NCBI GenBank assembly: GCA_965223005.1
Contig: CBDCVK010000008.1
Span: 64,001 to 128,000, forward strand
Direction: 5' to 3'
Source of the DNA: Terriglobia bacterium
GTDB taxonomy: Bacteria > Acidobacteriota > Terriglobia > JAJPHL01 > JAPKYU01
Length of the DNA: 64,000 nt
Under the pieces are notes generated by a model. The model made no database searches. It worked only from the letters and a program-made list of their open reading frames with translations, and was not told the origin of the DNA. Below are positions 27,588 through 37,919 of this stretch, piece after piece (position 1 is the stretch's first letter; every line of letters starts with the position of its first letter). The translations under genes and the position numbers were made by a program.

Positions 27588-29570
27588 CTACAGTCTGGCG
27601 ATCACAATCACAGTGAGTACGCTGAAGAAGGTGCCGGCACACAGCACTCCCAATTGCACCATCCAGTGGGATCGCAGCGGCGGGGGCAGAAAAACGCGAT
27701 TGAGGTAAAAGGTATGGAAAGCGTTAGCTGCCAGGACGGCGTTCGCCAGGCCCGCTCCAAACTTGGCGAGCTGCAGAGGATCGAGGAAGGCCAGCGAGAA
27801 CAGGCCCCAGAATCCGTACACTATCAGGATGCCATAGTAAACATACTTGACCTGATTTCCCTGAAGCCGTTGCGCACTTTTACTCGTGGCCCAGATGAGG
27901 TCTGTCCAGAGGCGGGCAATGATGTCGGTTGCAAACACCTGCCCGGGACCCAGGATCACGAAGCCACAAAGCAAGGTCACAAACCAGAGGAGTGGTCCGT
28001 AGTCGGGATACTGTTGCGCCATACCTCCGGCGGTCATGGCCGCAATGCGGTCGCCCACCACCGGGGCGTGACGGATGAAACGCAAGGAAATCATGCAGGG
28101 CAGCGCCATGCCCAACAGCGAGGCGACCATCCAGATGCCGGCCTGGTCGCGCCACATGTGGCGGATCCAGCCGCGCCATCGGACCAGGTTCGCGGCACTG
28201 AGGGGAAAGACCTGGCCGGTATGAGAAAGGGTAACCCGTCCCCCGCCAACGGCGCTGGGGATGGCCCCCACGCGAGCTCCCATTCCCCAACCTTTATCCC
28301 GCACGTAATTCGATATCAGAGCATTGGCGATCCCGCCCGCGCCGGCGATGGAGGCAAAGGCGGCCAGCAGTGCCCAGTCCAGGTCGGGAAGCTGACCACC
28401 GCCAAACAGGTAGCCGAGGAGGTTTTTATGCTCGACACCCCGATTGCGTACCAGCTCAGTGAACGTCGAGGCCAGCGGCTCAGGGATTTCTTCCAGTTTT
28501 GTCCAGCTTGACCGCTGATCGCCCTCCTGCGCCGAAAACGCTACCGGCCTCCATCTCCCGTTCGAATCCACATCACCTTCAACGACAAGGATCTTCTCCT
28601 CCTGCCGGTGCCGGACAAAGAATCCCCCCTGTTCGACGCGAGCCATCGCTGCAGCAACCATCCGTTGATATCGCGGTTGAAGATCGGGGGAAATGCTGTC
28701 GCCCATCGCGAAGCTCTGCTGATTTTCTCCGGTGCGGACGATGAACGAGGTTACCAGTGGCTGCCCATCCTCCAGCGTGCCCCTCACGGTATAAACGGAC
28801 GGCCCATCGTATTCGGTAAGGGTGAAGTGGGGACCCAGGATAATCGTCTCGGCGCGCTCCGGCACCGTACCAATCCGGAAAAAACCCTGGACCACTTCCC
28901 AAGCAATGTTGCCGGGAACCATCAGTGCACAGATGATGATGAAGTAACCCAGGACCAGGACCAGCTTGGTGGTCATGAGCCACTCGATCATCCTGTAAAC
29001 GGTTCCTCCGAAAATCAGGGGCACGAATGCTCCCAGGAACACGCAGTAGCCCAGGACCTTGACGAACGCGCTCTCAGAGATCGTTAATCCAAGTATGGTG
29101 ATCGTGGCGTCGCCAGGGAGATGGCCGAGGATGGCCGCCGCCAACGGAACCGCGGCATTGGCGGCCATGAAAGGAAAAATGTCAGAGATCATTAAAGTCA
29201 CATAAACGATTGCCCAGAGCCGCGGACCGGGCCGGGTGCGGAAAAATCCGACCCAGACTGGTTCGCCCGTGTAAAGCGTATATCGGATCACTTCGAGGTT
29301 GACGAACAGCTGAGTAACGATGCTGAGGGCGGCCAGCCACAGGAGGACGGCGCCATATTGAGCCGTGACCGCCGGTCCGAACAGCCACTCTCCACCGCCA
29401 ATCGAAGCGCCCGCAAGCAGCAGTCCCGGCCCGACCGCTTTCTTTAAATAGGCGAGGCCGCCTGGTGGTGCGGATGGCAAATCCCCAGTCGTCCAGGGAC
29501 GTAGCGCGCCAGCCTCCACAAGCTTCGGTGTCTGGGATTCAGATAGGTTCGTGTCCTGGCCCGACTCCAT
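27588..29570 (-). CDS. Nramp/APC-fold-like membrane transporter, paralog 2
   Basis: GPGLLLAGASIGGGEWLFGP, NLEVIRYTLYTGEP, YVRDKGWGMG; about 11 TM helices plus a large soluble loop; GGAGG RBS. Confidence 0.82.
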   Translation of the reverse strand: MESGQDTNLSESQTPKLVEAGALRPWTTGDLPSAPPGGLAYLKKAVGPGLLLAGASIGGGEWLFGPAVTAQYGAVLLWLAALSIVTQLFVNLEVIRYTLYTGEPVWVGFFRTRPGPRLWAIVYVTLMISDIFPFMAANAAVPLAAAILGHLPGDATITILGLTISESAFVKVLGYCVFLGAFVPLIFGGTVYRMIEWLMTTKLVLVLGYFIIICALMVPGNIAWEVVQGFFRIGTVPERAETIILGPHFTLTEYDGPSVYTVRGTLEDGQPLVTSFIVRTGENQQSFAMGDSISPDLQPRYQRMVAAAMARVEQGGFFVRHRQEEKILVVEGDVDSNGRWRPVAFSAQEGDQRSSWTKLEEIPEPLASTFTELVRNRGVEHKNLLGYLFGGGQLPDLDWALLAAFASIAGAGGIANALISNYVRDKGWGMGARVGAIPSAVGGGRVTLSHTGQVFPLSAANLVRWRGWIRHMWRDQAGIWMVASLLGMALPCMISLRFIRHAPVVGDRIAAMTAGGMAQQYPDYGPLLWFVTLLCGFVILGPGQVFATDIIARLWTDLIWATSKSAQRLQGNQVKYVYYGILIVYGFWGLFSLAFLDPLQLAKFGAGLANAVLAANAFHTFYLNRVFLPPPLRSHWMVQLGVLCAGTFFSVLTVIVIARL

Positions 29571-29621
29571 AGCACCTCCAGTTTGGATAAGTCCTCGCCT
29601 GCTGGCGGGAGGCTCCCGGCG

Positions 29622-31604
29622 CTACACTCTGGCGATCACAATCGCACTGAGTACGCCGAAGAAGACGCCGGCGCACAGCAGTCCCAATTGCACAATCCAG
29701 TGGGATCGTAGCGATGGGGGCAGAAAAACGCGATTGGTGTAGAAGGTGTGGAAAGCGGTAGCCGCCAGAACGACGTTTGCGAGGCCCGCTCCAATCTTGG
29801 CGATTTGCAGAGGATCGAGGAAGGCCAGCGAGTACACGCCCCAGGATCCGTACACAACCAGGATGCCGTAGTAAATATACTTGACCTGGTTTCCCTGAAG
29901 CCGTTGCGCCCTCTTATTCGACACCCAGAGAAGGTCTGTCCAGAGGCGGGCGATGATGTCGGCTGCAAACACCTGCCCGGGACCCAGCACCATGAAGCCA
30001 GTAAACAAGGTCAGGATCCAGAGGAGTGGTCCGTAGTCAGGATACTGTTGCGCCATAGCTCCTGCGGTCATGGCCGCAACTCGGTCGCCCACCACCGGGG
30101 CGTGACGGATGAAGCGCAAGGAAATCATGCAGGGCAGCGCCATGCCCAACAGCGAGGCGATCATCCAGATGCAAAGCTGGTCGCGCCAAATGTGGCGGAT
30201 CCAGCCGCGCCAGCGGCCCAGGTTCGCGGTACTGAGAGGAAAGACCTGGCCGGTATGAGAAAGGGTAACCCGTCCCCCGCCAACGGCACTGGGGATGGCC
30301 CCCACGCGAGCTCCCATTCCCCAGCCTTTATCCCGCACGTAATTCGATAAGAGAGCATTGGCGATCCCGCCCGCGCCGGCGATGGAGGCAAAGGCGGCCA
30401 GCAGTGCCCAGTCCAGGTCGGGAAGCTGACCACCGCCAAACAGATAGCCGAGGAGGTTTTTGTGCTCGACACCCCGATTGCGTACCAGTTCCGTGAACGT
30501 CGAGGCCAGTGGCCCAGGGATTTCTTCCAGTTTTGTCCAGCTTGACTGCTGATCGCCCTCCCGCGCTGAAAACGCCACCGGCTTCCAGCTCCCGTCCGAA
30601 TCCACATCACCTTCGACGACAAGGATCTTCTCTCCCTGCCGGTGCCGGACAAAGAACCCCCCCTGTTCGACGCGAGCCAGCGCCGCGGCAACCATCCGTT
30701 GATATCGCGGTTGAAGGTCGGGAGAAATGCTGTCGCCCATGGCGAAGCTCTGCTTATTTTCCCCGGTGCGGACGATAAATGAGGTTACGAGTGGCTGCCC
30801 ATCCTCCAGCGTGCCCCTCACGGTATAAACGGACGGCCCATCGCGTTCGGTGAGGGTGAAGTGGGGACCCAGGATAATCGTCTCGGCGCGCAGCGGCACC
30901 GTGCCAAACCGGAAAAAGCCCTGGACTACTTCCCAAGCAATGTTGCCAGGTACCATCAGGGCTGCGATGATGATGGAGTAACCCAGGACCAGAACCAGCT
31001 TGGTGGTCATGAGCCACTCGATCACCTTGTAAATGGTTCCTCCGAAAATCAGGGGGACGAATGCTCCCAGGAACACGCAGTAGCCCAGGACCTTGACGAA
31101 CGTGCTCTCGGAAATCGTGAATCCAACTATGGTGATCGTGGCGTCGCCGGGGAGATGGCCGAGGATGGCCGCCGCCAACGGAACCGCGGCATTGGCGGCC
31201 ATGAAAGGCCAGATCATATAGGAACATAAAAGCACATAAAAGCCGGTCCAGAGCCGCGGGCCCGGGCGGGTGCGGAAAAATCCAACGAAGATGGGTTCGC
31301 CTGAGTAGAGCGTATATCGGATCAATTCGAGGTTGATAAACAGCTGGCCGGCGATGCTGAGGAAGGCCAGCCAAAGGAGGACGGCCCCATATTGAGCCGA
31401 GACCGCCGGCCCGAACAGCCACTCTCCAGCGCCAATCGAAGCGCCCGCGAACAGCAGTCCCGGCCCGATCGCTTTCTTCCAATAGGCGAGGCCGCCTCCC
31501 GGTGCGGGGGGCAAATCTCCGGTCGTCCAGGGACGGAGCGCGCCAGCCTCCACAAATTCCGGCGTTTGGGTTTCAGATAGGTTCGCGTCCTGGCCCGACT
31601 CCAT
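29622..31604 (-). CDS. Nramp/APC-fold-like membrane transporter, paralog 1
   Basis: Colinear 660-aa paralog of 27588-29570; GGAGG RBS. Confidence 0.82.
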   Translation of the reverse strand: MESGQDANLSETQTPEFVEAGALRPWTTGDLPPAPGGGLAYWKKAIGPGLLFAGASIGAGEWLFGPAVSAQYGAVLLWLAFLSIAGQLFINLELIRYTLYSGEPIFVGFFRTRPGPRLWTGFYVLLCSYMIWPFMAANAAVPLAAAILGHLPGDATITIVGFTISESTFVKVLGYCVFLGAFVPLIFGGTIYKVIEWLMTTKLVLVLGYSIIIAALMVPGNIAWEVVQGFFRFGTVPLRAETIILGPHFTLTERDGPSVYTVRGTLEDGQPLVTSFIVRTGENKQSFAMGDSISPDLQPRYQRMVAAALARVEQGGFFVRHRQGEKILVVEGDVDSDGSWKPVAFSAREGDQQSSWTKLEEIPGPLASTFTELVRNRGVEHKNLLGYLFGGGQLPDLDWALLAAFASIAGAGGIANALLSNYVRDKGWGMGARVGAIPSAVGGGRVTLSHTGQVFPLSTANLGRWRGWIRHIWRDQLCIWMIASLLGMALPCMISLRFIRHAPVVGDRVAAMTAGAMAQQYPDYGPLLWILTLFTGFMVLGPGQVFAADIIARLWTDLLWVSNKRAQRLQGNQVKYIYYGILVVYGSWGVYSLAFLDPLQIAKIGAGLANVVLAATAFHTFYTNRVFLPPSLRSHWIVQLGLLCAGVFFGVLSAIVIARV

Positions 31605-31815
31605 AGCACCTCCTGCTTAGATACGTCTTGGCCTACCGGCTGCTGAAGGGGGCTTCCGCGCCAGCAGCCCGGAACGTATCATGTATAACTGGTTTGAACA
31701 ACTTGCTTGACGTGCTTTTCCTCGCACCACAGCCGGGGCAAAATAACTCGGCCCGCGAAGAAAAATGGAAGTCAGATAAGTTGGATTTGCTGTCGTAACT
31801 GGAGGCCGAGCAACG

Positions 31816-32544
31816 GTGTCAAACAGACCGCCCGCGGGCAGCTCCTTCCTGGATCGCTTGGGTATTTCTGCCGTCATCTTTGACCTGGACGGCGTGCTGA
31901 TTGACTCCATGCCCTTTCACTACGAGGCCTACCGGCGGCTGCTGGCCGAGGAAGGTCTGCCGCTGGAGCGGATGGAGATTTACCTGCGCGAAGGCCTGGG
32001 TTCGCCGGACGTGATCCGATCCCTGGCCGAGGATAAGGGGTGGGCATTCTCTCCGGAGCGAATCGAAGAGCTGGCGCAGCGCCGACGGCAGCTCTTCTAC
32101 CAAGTCTACCAGCACCGGGTCTTTACCGAAGTGCCGGAGATACTGACCTGGCTCAGCCAGGCGGGATACCGCCTGGCTGTCGTATCTGCAGCCACGCAGA
32201 AAAGCCTCGACGTTTGCTTGAACCAGTATCCCGCGGGCCCGGACGGAAGAGGTCTGGGGCAGTGGTTCCCGTTGGTCATCAGCGGAACCATGGTGGAGCG
32301 CGGCAAGCCCTTCCCCGACCCTTACCTGAAAGCCCTAGAGGAACTGGGAGTGAAAGGGACCCAGGTGCTGGTGGTGGAGAATGCTCCGGCTGGGGTCACC
32401 GCGGCGTTGGCAGCCGGATGCCATTGCGTGGCCTTAGAGACGACGCTGCCTCGAAGTCATCTTGAGGGCGCGCACTGGGTCCTACCTGATCATGCGGCTC
32501 TGCTCCAAATGCTGCGGGATTCGCCTGACCCAACTGGCGTCTAG
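31816..32544 (+). CDS. HAD-family phosphatase
   Basis: IFDLDGVLIDS, GKPFPDPY, VVENAPAG. Confidence 0.9.
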   Translation: MSNRPPAGSSFLDRLGISAVIFDLDGVLIDSMPFHYEAYRRLLAEEGLPLERMEIYLREGLGSPDVIRSLAEDKGWAFSPERIEELAQRRRQLFYQVYQHRVFTEVPEILTWLSQAGYRLAVVSAATQKSLDVCLNQYPAGPDGRGLGQWFPLVISGTMVERGKPFPDPYLKALEELGVKGTQVLVVENAPAGVTAALAAGCHCVALETTLPRSHLEGAHWVLPDHAALLQMLRDSPDPTGV

Positions 32545-32546
32545 CA

Positions 32547-33932
32547 CTAGCGGCGGCGCCCCTTGCGGCGGCTCCGTTTCAGCTTGAATCGGATCTGTTC
32601 CATCCCGTCATCGTGCACCACCACGTACCGCGTCTGGCGGTTGAATCCGGCACGATCAACGGTGACCCGGTACCTGCCGGGAGTAAGACCGATATTGGCC
32701 GGGGAACGGTGAGCAGTGGCTCTTCCGTTCAGATAGATCTTCGCCCCCTTGGGACGAGTGTGGATCACCAGCCGCCCGACCGCCGCTGGGGCCGCCGCAC
32801 GACCTGACCGTGGCTGTGGGCGCGCCGGCGGCGTTGCTCTTTCCAACTGAGTGGCTGCGGGCGCCTGGGCTGGGGCTGAGTCCGCGGGGCTGCGCATCCG
32901 CCAGATGGCTCCGGCGGCCAGGGCCAGCACTATGGCAGCCCCCACTGCCAGCAACGCTTTCTTTCGCCGCCACCATCTTGTTCGCAACCATGCTGCGCCA
33001 AGGACCCGTGGCGCTGCTTCAGGTTGCACGCCGGCCTGGAGAAGCATCGTCTTCTCTGCAGAGGCATCAACTCCGCCTGCGGCAGCCGGAGCAAGCACGG
33101 TCGCCTTAGCCCCTGCGCCTTGCTTTGGCGCCCCCGCGGCATGACCTTTTAGGTCGGCGACCAGCTCAGCGCAATTCTGGTAGCGCTCAGCCGGATCCTT
33201 GGCCAGCGTCTTCAGCACCACGTGGTCCAAGCCCGGGTGCAGTGTGGGATTCAACTCGGTCGGCGCCTGTGGTTGCTCCCCAACGATCTGGTAGATGACG
33301 GTGGTAATGTTTTCGCCGGCGAAGGGCTTGGTCCAGGCCAGCATCTCGTAGAGAACCACGCCCAGCGAGAAGATGTCGGAGCGTCCGTCCAAAGCTCCGC
33401 CCTTCACCAGCTCCGGCGACATGTAGGACGGGGTGCCCAGCGCCTGGCCGGTGCGGGTCATGCCCATGTTGACGATCTTGGCCACGCCGAAGTCCATCAC
33501 CTTGACGTGGCTGCCCGTGACCATGATGTTGGCCGGCTTGATGTCGCGATGGATGATCTGGCGGGAATGGGCGTGGTCCAGCGCCGCGCCTACTTGCTCC
33601 ACAATGGGAATGGCCTGCTCCACTGGCACCGGAGTGCGACCTATGATGCGCTGCAGGGTTTCCCCCTCCACCAGCTCCATGGCGATGTAGAACAGCCCCT
33701 GGTCTTCGCCGGCATCGTAGATGGTGACAATGTTGGGATGCGACAGGATGCCAGCCGCCTGGGCCTCGCGCCGGAAGCGCTTCACCAATTCCGGGTCCGC
33801 GGCCTCCAGCGAGATGGTCTTGATTGCGACCGGGCGGCCGATGGTGGGGTCAAAGCCACGGTACACGACTCCCATTGCGCCCCGGCCCAACTCTTCTTGA
33901 ATCTGGTAGCGTCCGACTTTGGTCAAAGGCAT
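32547..33932 (-). CDS. Ser/Thr protein kinase with TM helix and PEGA domain
   Basis: LGRGAMGVVY, VAIK, HRDIKPAN, DFG, GTPSYMSPE; TM helix; C-terminal TRPKGAKIYLNG (PEGA). Confidence 0.92.
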   Translation of the reverse strand: MPLTKVGRYQIQEELGRGAMGVVYRGFDPTIGRPVAIKTISLEAADPELVKRFRREAQAAGILSHPNIVTIYDAGEDQGLFYIAMELVEGETLQRIIGRTPVPVEQAIPIVEQVGAALDHAHSRQIIHRDIKPANIMVTGSHVKVMDFGVAKIVNMGMTRTGQALGTPSYMSPELVKGGALDGRSDIFSLGVVLYEMLAWTKPFAGENITTVIYQIVGEQPQAPTELNPTLHPGLDHVVLKTLAKDPAERYQNCAELVADLKGHAAGAPKQGAGAKATVLAPAAAGGVDASAEKTMLLQAGVQPEAAPRVLGAAWLRTRWWRRKKALLAVGAAIVLALAAGAIWRMRSPADSAPAQAPAATQLERATPPARPQPRSGRAAAPAAVGRLVIHTRPKGAKIYLNGRATAHRSPANIGLTPGRYRVTVDRAGFNRQTRYVVVHDDGMEQIRFKLKRSRRKGRRR

Positions 33933-34124
33933 GGGAAGCCGGAATTCCGCTCTCTGCGCCTGTTCCCGGAGTGGGTGCGCGTGTTGTGGGCAGCAGGCGA
34001 AGTATAGCATGCAGGGTATAGCATGCCGGCGCCCGGCTGACCTACAGGCTGACTTATAATGGTTGCCTTTATAGTGGCTACCTTATAGTGAGGGCCATTC
34101 CACTATCGCGCGAGGCAAACGACG

Positions 34125-34535
34125 ATGTCCTACTGGTTCTTTCTCAGCGACCCAGAGGATTACCATTTCGACGCGCTGCTGCGGCGCAAGAGCGAAACGT
34201 GGGACGGGGTGTTTGGCACGGCGGCGCAGAGCTTTTTGGGGCAGGTCAAACGCGGCGATCGCATCCTGGGCTACCACACGGCGCCAGAAAAACAGGTGGT
34301 CGCCGTGCTGGAAGCTTTGAGCGACGCCTACCAGAATCCCGAGATTAAGGACAAGAAGAACTGGGTCGTGGACGTGAAGGGACTCGAGAAGCTGCCGCGC
34401 CCCGTTCCGCTGGCGGAACTGAAGGCCAACAGGAAGCTGGCCCAGATGAAGTTGTTCAAGCTGATGCGCCCGATTGCCGTCTCACCGCTCTCCGAAGCCG
34501 AGTTCAACGAAATCCGCCGCATGAGCGGCCTGTGA
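34125..34535 (+). CDS. EVE domain protein
   Basis: YWFFLSDPEDYHF, WDGV, GDRILGYH, PVPLAELK. Confidence 0.85.
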   Translation: MSYWFFLSDPEDYHFDALLRRKSETWDGVFGTAAQSFLGQVKRGDRILGYHTAPEKQVVAVLEALSDAYQNPEIKDKKNWVVDVKGLEKLPRPVPLAELKANRKLAQMKLFKLMRPIAVSPLSEAEFNEIRRMSGL

Positions 34536-34649
34536 AAGCTCTGCGTTGCAGGTTCCAGGCCAGGTTCTGGGGTGCTGCTGAAAACGTGCAACCTGGTCAT
34601 TCCGAGCGAACAGAGCCGGGCCGCAGCATTCAGCAGCGAGACTTGTCGC

Positions 34650-35672
34650 TCAGTTCGCTCTTTTGACCAGTTCCACCCGCCGGTTCTTGGCGCGGCCCTC
34701 CTCCGTCTCGTTAGTTGCCACGGGCGCTACGGGTCCGACGCCCACCGCCTCAAGCCGAGAGGCGGCAATGCCGTATTTCTGCGACAGCACCGCCGCCACT
34801 GCCTTTGCCCGCGCGTCGGAAAGCTGCAGATTGTGCTCGTAGCTCCCGGTGCCGTCCGTGTGTCCGGTGACGAAAAAAGTCATGGCCGAATTGCTCTTCA
34901 GGTAATTCGCGATAATGGCGAGGGCCTCGCCGGATTCCGGTTTCACAACGGCCTTGCCGGTATCAAAGAAAATGCCATCTAAAACCATCTTCCCCTCGTT
35001 CGCTAGCGCCTGAGCCAGTTTGTCAAGGGTGATGGTTACCATGTCCGTCGCCATCTCGGCGCCCTCGACCGTATCAACGAAGAACACAACCCGGTCGGTG
35101 GCAAATCTGCGACGTCGATTGTCTGCATCCCTGTAACGGGATCCTGCTACCGTCACCGTGCCTATGCCAATGGCAACCCATATAGGCCGCCCCTTGTGCT
35201 CTCCTTCAGCGGCGATATACGCCATCTGAGAAAGTCCGTGAAAGTTATGATAGTGATCCTTCGGGATGAGCCGATCTGGCATCATCCCAATGAAGCTCCT
35301 TGCAAACCTGCGGTCGCAGCTCTGCTCCGGGCAGCCATAGAGGATTTTCAGGCCGCTGTTCTGAACCGCCCTTTCGAAGTTGCGATAAACCGCCAGAACC
35401 GAGGGGCCTTCCGGAGCGACATAAGATCGCCGAGTGACTTCACCCTCGACCGTCCGCGAAGACTCGAAACCTCGTTTGGCCCGAGTCCAGTTTCCGAGTG
35501 GAAGCAGGTAAGCGTCATACTCCTGCTGATCATAGAAGAGCAACGCAGAACCTTTGTAGCGCGTGATTGCCGCGTGATCGGCTGATCCGGCCGCGTCAGC
35601 CTGCTGTCCTAACGTGGCTACAGGCAGTACGCAGCATAATGTTGCCATTGCCAAGATGATCCGGATGTACAT
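34650..35672 (-). CDS. OmpA-family protein (DUF4892-like N-terminus)
   Basis: Signal peptide; GIFFDTGKA, GHTDGTG, LSDARAKAV, NRRVEL. Start MYIRI after GGAG. Confidence 0.88.
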   Translation of the reverse strand: MYIRIILAMATLCCVLPVATLGQQADAAGSADHAAITRYKGSALLFYDQQEYDAYLLPLGNWTRAKRGFESSRTVEGEVTRRSYVAPEGPSVLAVYRNFERAVQNSGLKILYGCPEQSCDRRFARSFIGMMPDRLIPKDHYHNFHGLSQMAYIAAEGEHKGRPIWVAIGIGTVTVAGSRYRDADNRRRRFATDRVVFFVDTVEGAEMATDMVTITLDKLAQALANEGKMVLDGIFFDTGKAVVKPESGEALAIIANYLKSNSAMTFFVTGHTDGTGSYEHNLQLSDARAKAVAAVLSQKYGIAASRLEAVGVGPVAPVATNETEEGRAKNRRVELVKRAN

Positions 35673-36005
35673 GCTCCCTTGTTCCTTTCGTCTGTGATTT
35701 CTCTTAAGGCACTGAGCCTTGCTAAACCCGCTTTGCTCATCCGGGCTTTTCGTTTTGGTCTCGTTCGTAACGGGAGGATATCCAAAGTGCCGGTTCCCAC
35801 TCAACGGTTTTTATCCTCCTCTGCTGACCGAGCCTGATCCAATAGGGAAATCCATAAACATCAATCCCGGTTTCAGTTGGGCGAATAGTCGGCTTCCCGG
35901 AAACTGACCCACTACCACGGTCCGGCGCGGCTTGCCTGCCTCTGCCCCCTGTGTTAGGTTTCTCGCTTATCCTGTTCTCGGCGAATTTCACCAGCGAGGA
36001 GATCG

Positions 36006-36530
36006 ATGGTCCGCAGCTTCCGCGGGGCGCTGCCGCGCATCGCCCACAACGCCTACATTGACGAGAGCGCGCAGGTGATCGGCGACGTGGAGATTGGCGA
36101 ACGGTCCAGCGTCTGGATGGGCACGGTGGTTCGAGGCGACGTGAACTATATCCGTATCGGCGCCGAAACCAACCTCCAGGATAACTCGGTGTTGCACGTG
36201 ATGAGGGACCTCCACCCGCTGCTCGTAGGCGACCGGGTTACCGTCGGCCACAGCGTTACCCTGCATGGCTGTAGGATCGAATCCGATTGCCTGATTGCGA
36301 TGGGCGCCATCGTGTTGAACGGGGCGGAGGTTGGCTCGGGCTCGATCATCGGCGCCGGCGCCGTGGTGACGGAAGGCACCGTCGTGCCGCCCAACAGCCT
36401 TTTCCTGAGCACCCCGGCCAGGTTCAAGCGTCAGTTGGGTCCGGAAGATCTCATTGTGATTCGCCGCCACGCATCGAACTACGTTGAGAATGCCGCGACC
36501 TATCTGGCGGAACAAAGCGGCAGGAAGTAG
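36006..36530 (+). CDS. Gamma carbonic anhydrase family protein
   Basis: Hexapeptide repeats, VVRGDVNYIRIG, NLQDNSVLH, VGHSVTLHGC. Confidence 0.92.
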   Translation: MVRSFRGALPRIAHNAYIDESAQVIGDVEIGERSSVWMGTVVRGDVNYIRIGAETNLQDNSVLHVMRDLHPLLVGDRVTVGHSVTLHGCRIESDCLIAMGAIVLNGAEVGSGSIIGAGAVVTEGTVVPPNSLFLSTPARFKRQLGPEDLIVIRRHASNYVENAATYLAEQSGRK

Positions 36531-36557
36531 CACGCGGGGAAAGACCCCAGACCTCTC

Positions 36558-37919
36558 ATGATCCGCGCCATCAAAGGCACCCGGGACATCCTGCCGCCCG
36601 AAACCGCGCTCTGGAACCGGTTGGAGGCGCTGGCCCGCGAGCTGTTTACCAGCTACAACTACGGGGAGATCCGCACTCCCCTGTTCGAAGAGACGCAGTT
36701 GTTTGCCCGCAGCGTGGGCGAGGAGACCGACATCGTTCGCAAAGAGATGTATACGTTCGAGGACCGCGACGGTGGCTCGCTGACGCTGCGCCCGGAAGCC
36801 ACCGCGTCGGTCGTCCGCGCCTACATCGAGCACCGCATGTGGCAGCGCCCCGGATTGACCAAGCTCTACTACATGGGGCCGATGTTCCGGCGGGAGCGGC
36901 CGCAAAAAGGCCGCTACCGGCAGTTCTCGCAGATCGGCGCCGAAGCCATTGGCTCGGAGAGCCCGGCGGTGGATGCCGAGATGCTGGAGATGCTGGTGGA
37001 ACTGCTGGAACGCGCCGGACTCAAGGACTACGAGTTGCGACTGAACTCGATCGGCGACGAGAACTGCCGCCCCGCTTACCTGGAGCGCCTGCGGCAGGAA
37101 CTGGCGGCGGTGCGCGGCCAAATGTGTGGCGACTGCCAGCGCCGCGCCGTCACCAACCCCTTGCGTGTGCTGGACTGCAAGGTGCCTGCCGATCAGCCCA
37201 TCATTGAGAAGCTGCCGGCGGTCGCGGACTCGCTCTGCAACCCCTGCCGCGAGCACTTCCAAGCCCTCCAGCAAGCTCTAGAGGATCGCCGGGTGGCATA
37301 CACTGTCGTCCCGCGCATGGTGCGCGGTCTGGACTACTACACCCGCACCACTTTTGAGTTTGTGCATCGCGGCCTGGGTGCCCAAGACGCGGTGCTAGGC
37401 GGCGGCCGCTACGATGGCCTCTCGGAGGCGCTGGGTGGACCGAAAGGGCCGGGGATTGGTTTCTCCATCGGCGAGGACCGGTTTGTGCTGGCCCTGGCGG
37501 CTTCAGGGGTGCAGATGCCGGGTCCAGCACTCGACGTGTACGTGGCCTGGATTTCAGAGCCTAGGGCCGCTACTGCTTCAGCGGGCCCGGGTGGGCCCGC
37601 CTATCGCCACGCGGCCGAGCTCGTTCGCGAACTGCGGACGCGCGGGCTGGTCGTCGAGTTGCAACCGGAAGCCTTGAAGCTGCGCCGCGCGTTAGAGTTG
37701 GCCAGCAAGCAGAAGGCGCGGTTCGCGCTGATCGTGGGGGAAGACGAAATCCGGCAAGGTCGGTATCCACTGAGGGATCTGGCCCGGGGCGAACAGCGGG
37801 AGCTGAGCAAAGCTGAGCTACTCAAGGAACTGGCGCCGCCGGGGCGCTCCCGCGAGACGGCCGAGCCTGCCAGTGCCAGCCCGGCGGCTCGCGGGATGGA
37901 CCGCGGCATGGACCAATGA
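36558..37919 (+). CDS. hisS: Histidine--tRNA ligase
   Basis: [41 protein letters not shown]. Confidence 0.97.
   Translation: MIRAIKGTRDILPPETALWNRLEALARELFTSYNYGEIRTPLFEETQLFARSVGEETDIVRKEMYTFEDRDGGSLTLRPEATASVVRAYIEHRMWQRPGLTKLYYMGPMFRRERPQKGRYRQFSQIGAEAIGSESPAVDAEMLEMLVELLERAGLKDYELRLNSIGDENCRPAYLERLRQELAAVRGQMCGDCQRRAVTNPLRVLDCKVPADQPIIEKLPAVADSLCNPCREHFQALQQALEDRRVAYTVVPRMVRGLDYYTRTTFEFVHRGLGAQDAVLGGGRYDGLSEALGGPKGPGIGFSIGEDRFVLALAASGVQMPGPALDVYVAWISEPRAATASAGPGGPAYRHAAELVRELRTRGLVVELQPEALKLRRALELASKQKARFALIVGEDEIRQGRYPLRDLARGEQRELSKAELLKELAPPGRSRETAEPASASPAARGMDRGMDQ

Larger units (their letters stand above)
27583..31613. repeat. Tandem gene duplication, period 2034 bp
   Basis: Units ~27583-29579 and ~29617-31613 align from the shared RBS (ATAGCACCTCC) to the stop (GGCGCTACA). 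Confidence 0.92.

Noticed and set aside
35772-35818. GGAGGATA...TATCCTCC inverted repeat upstream of the OmpA gene as a possible ncRNA/riboswitch
   Set aside because: Only an 8-bp stem, with no recognisable aptamer motif.
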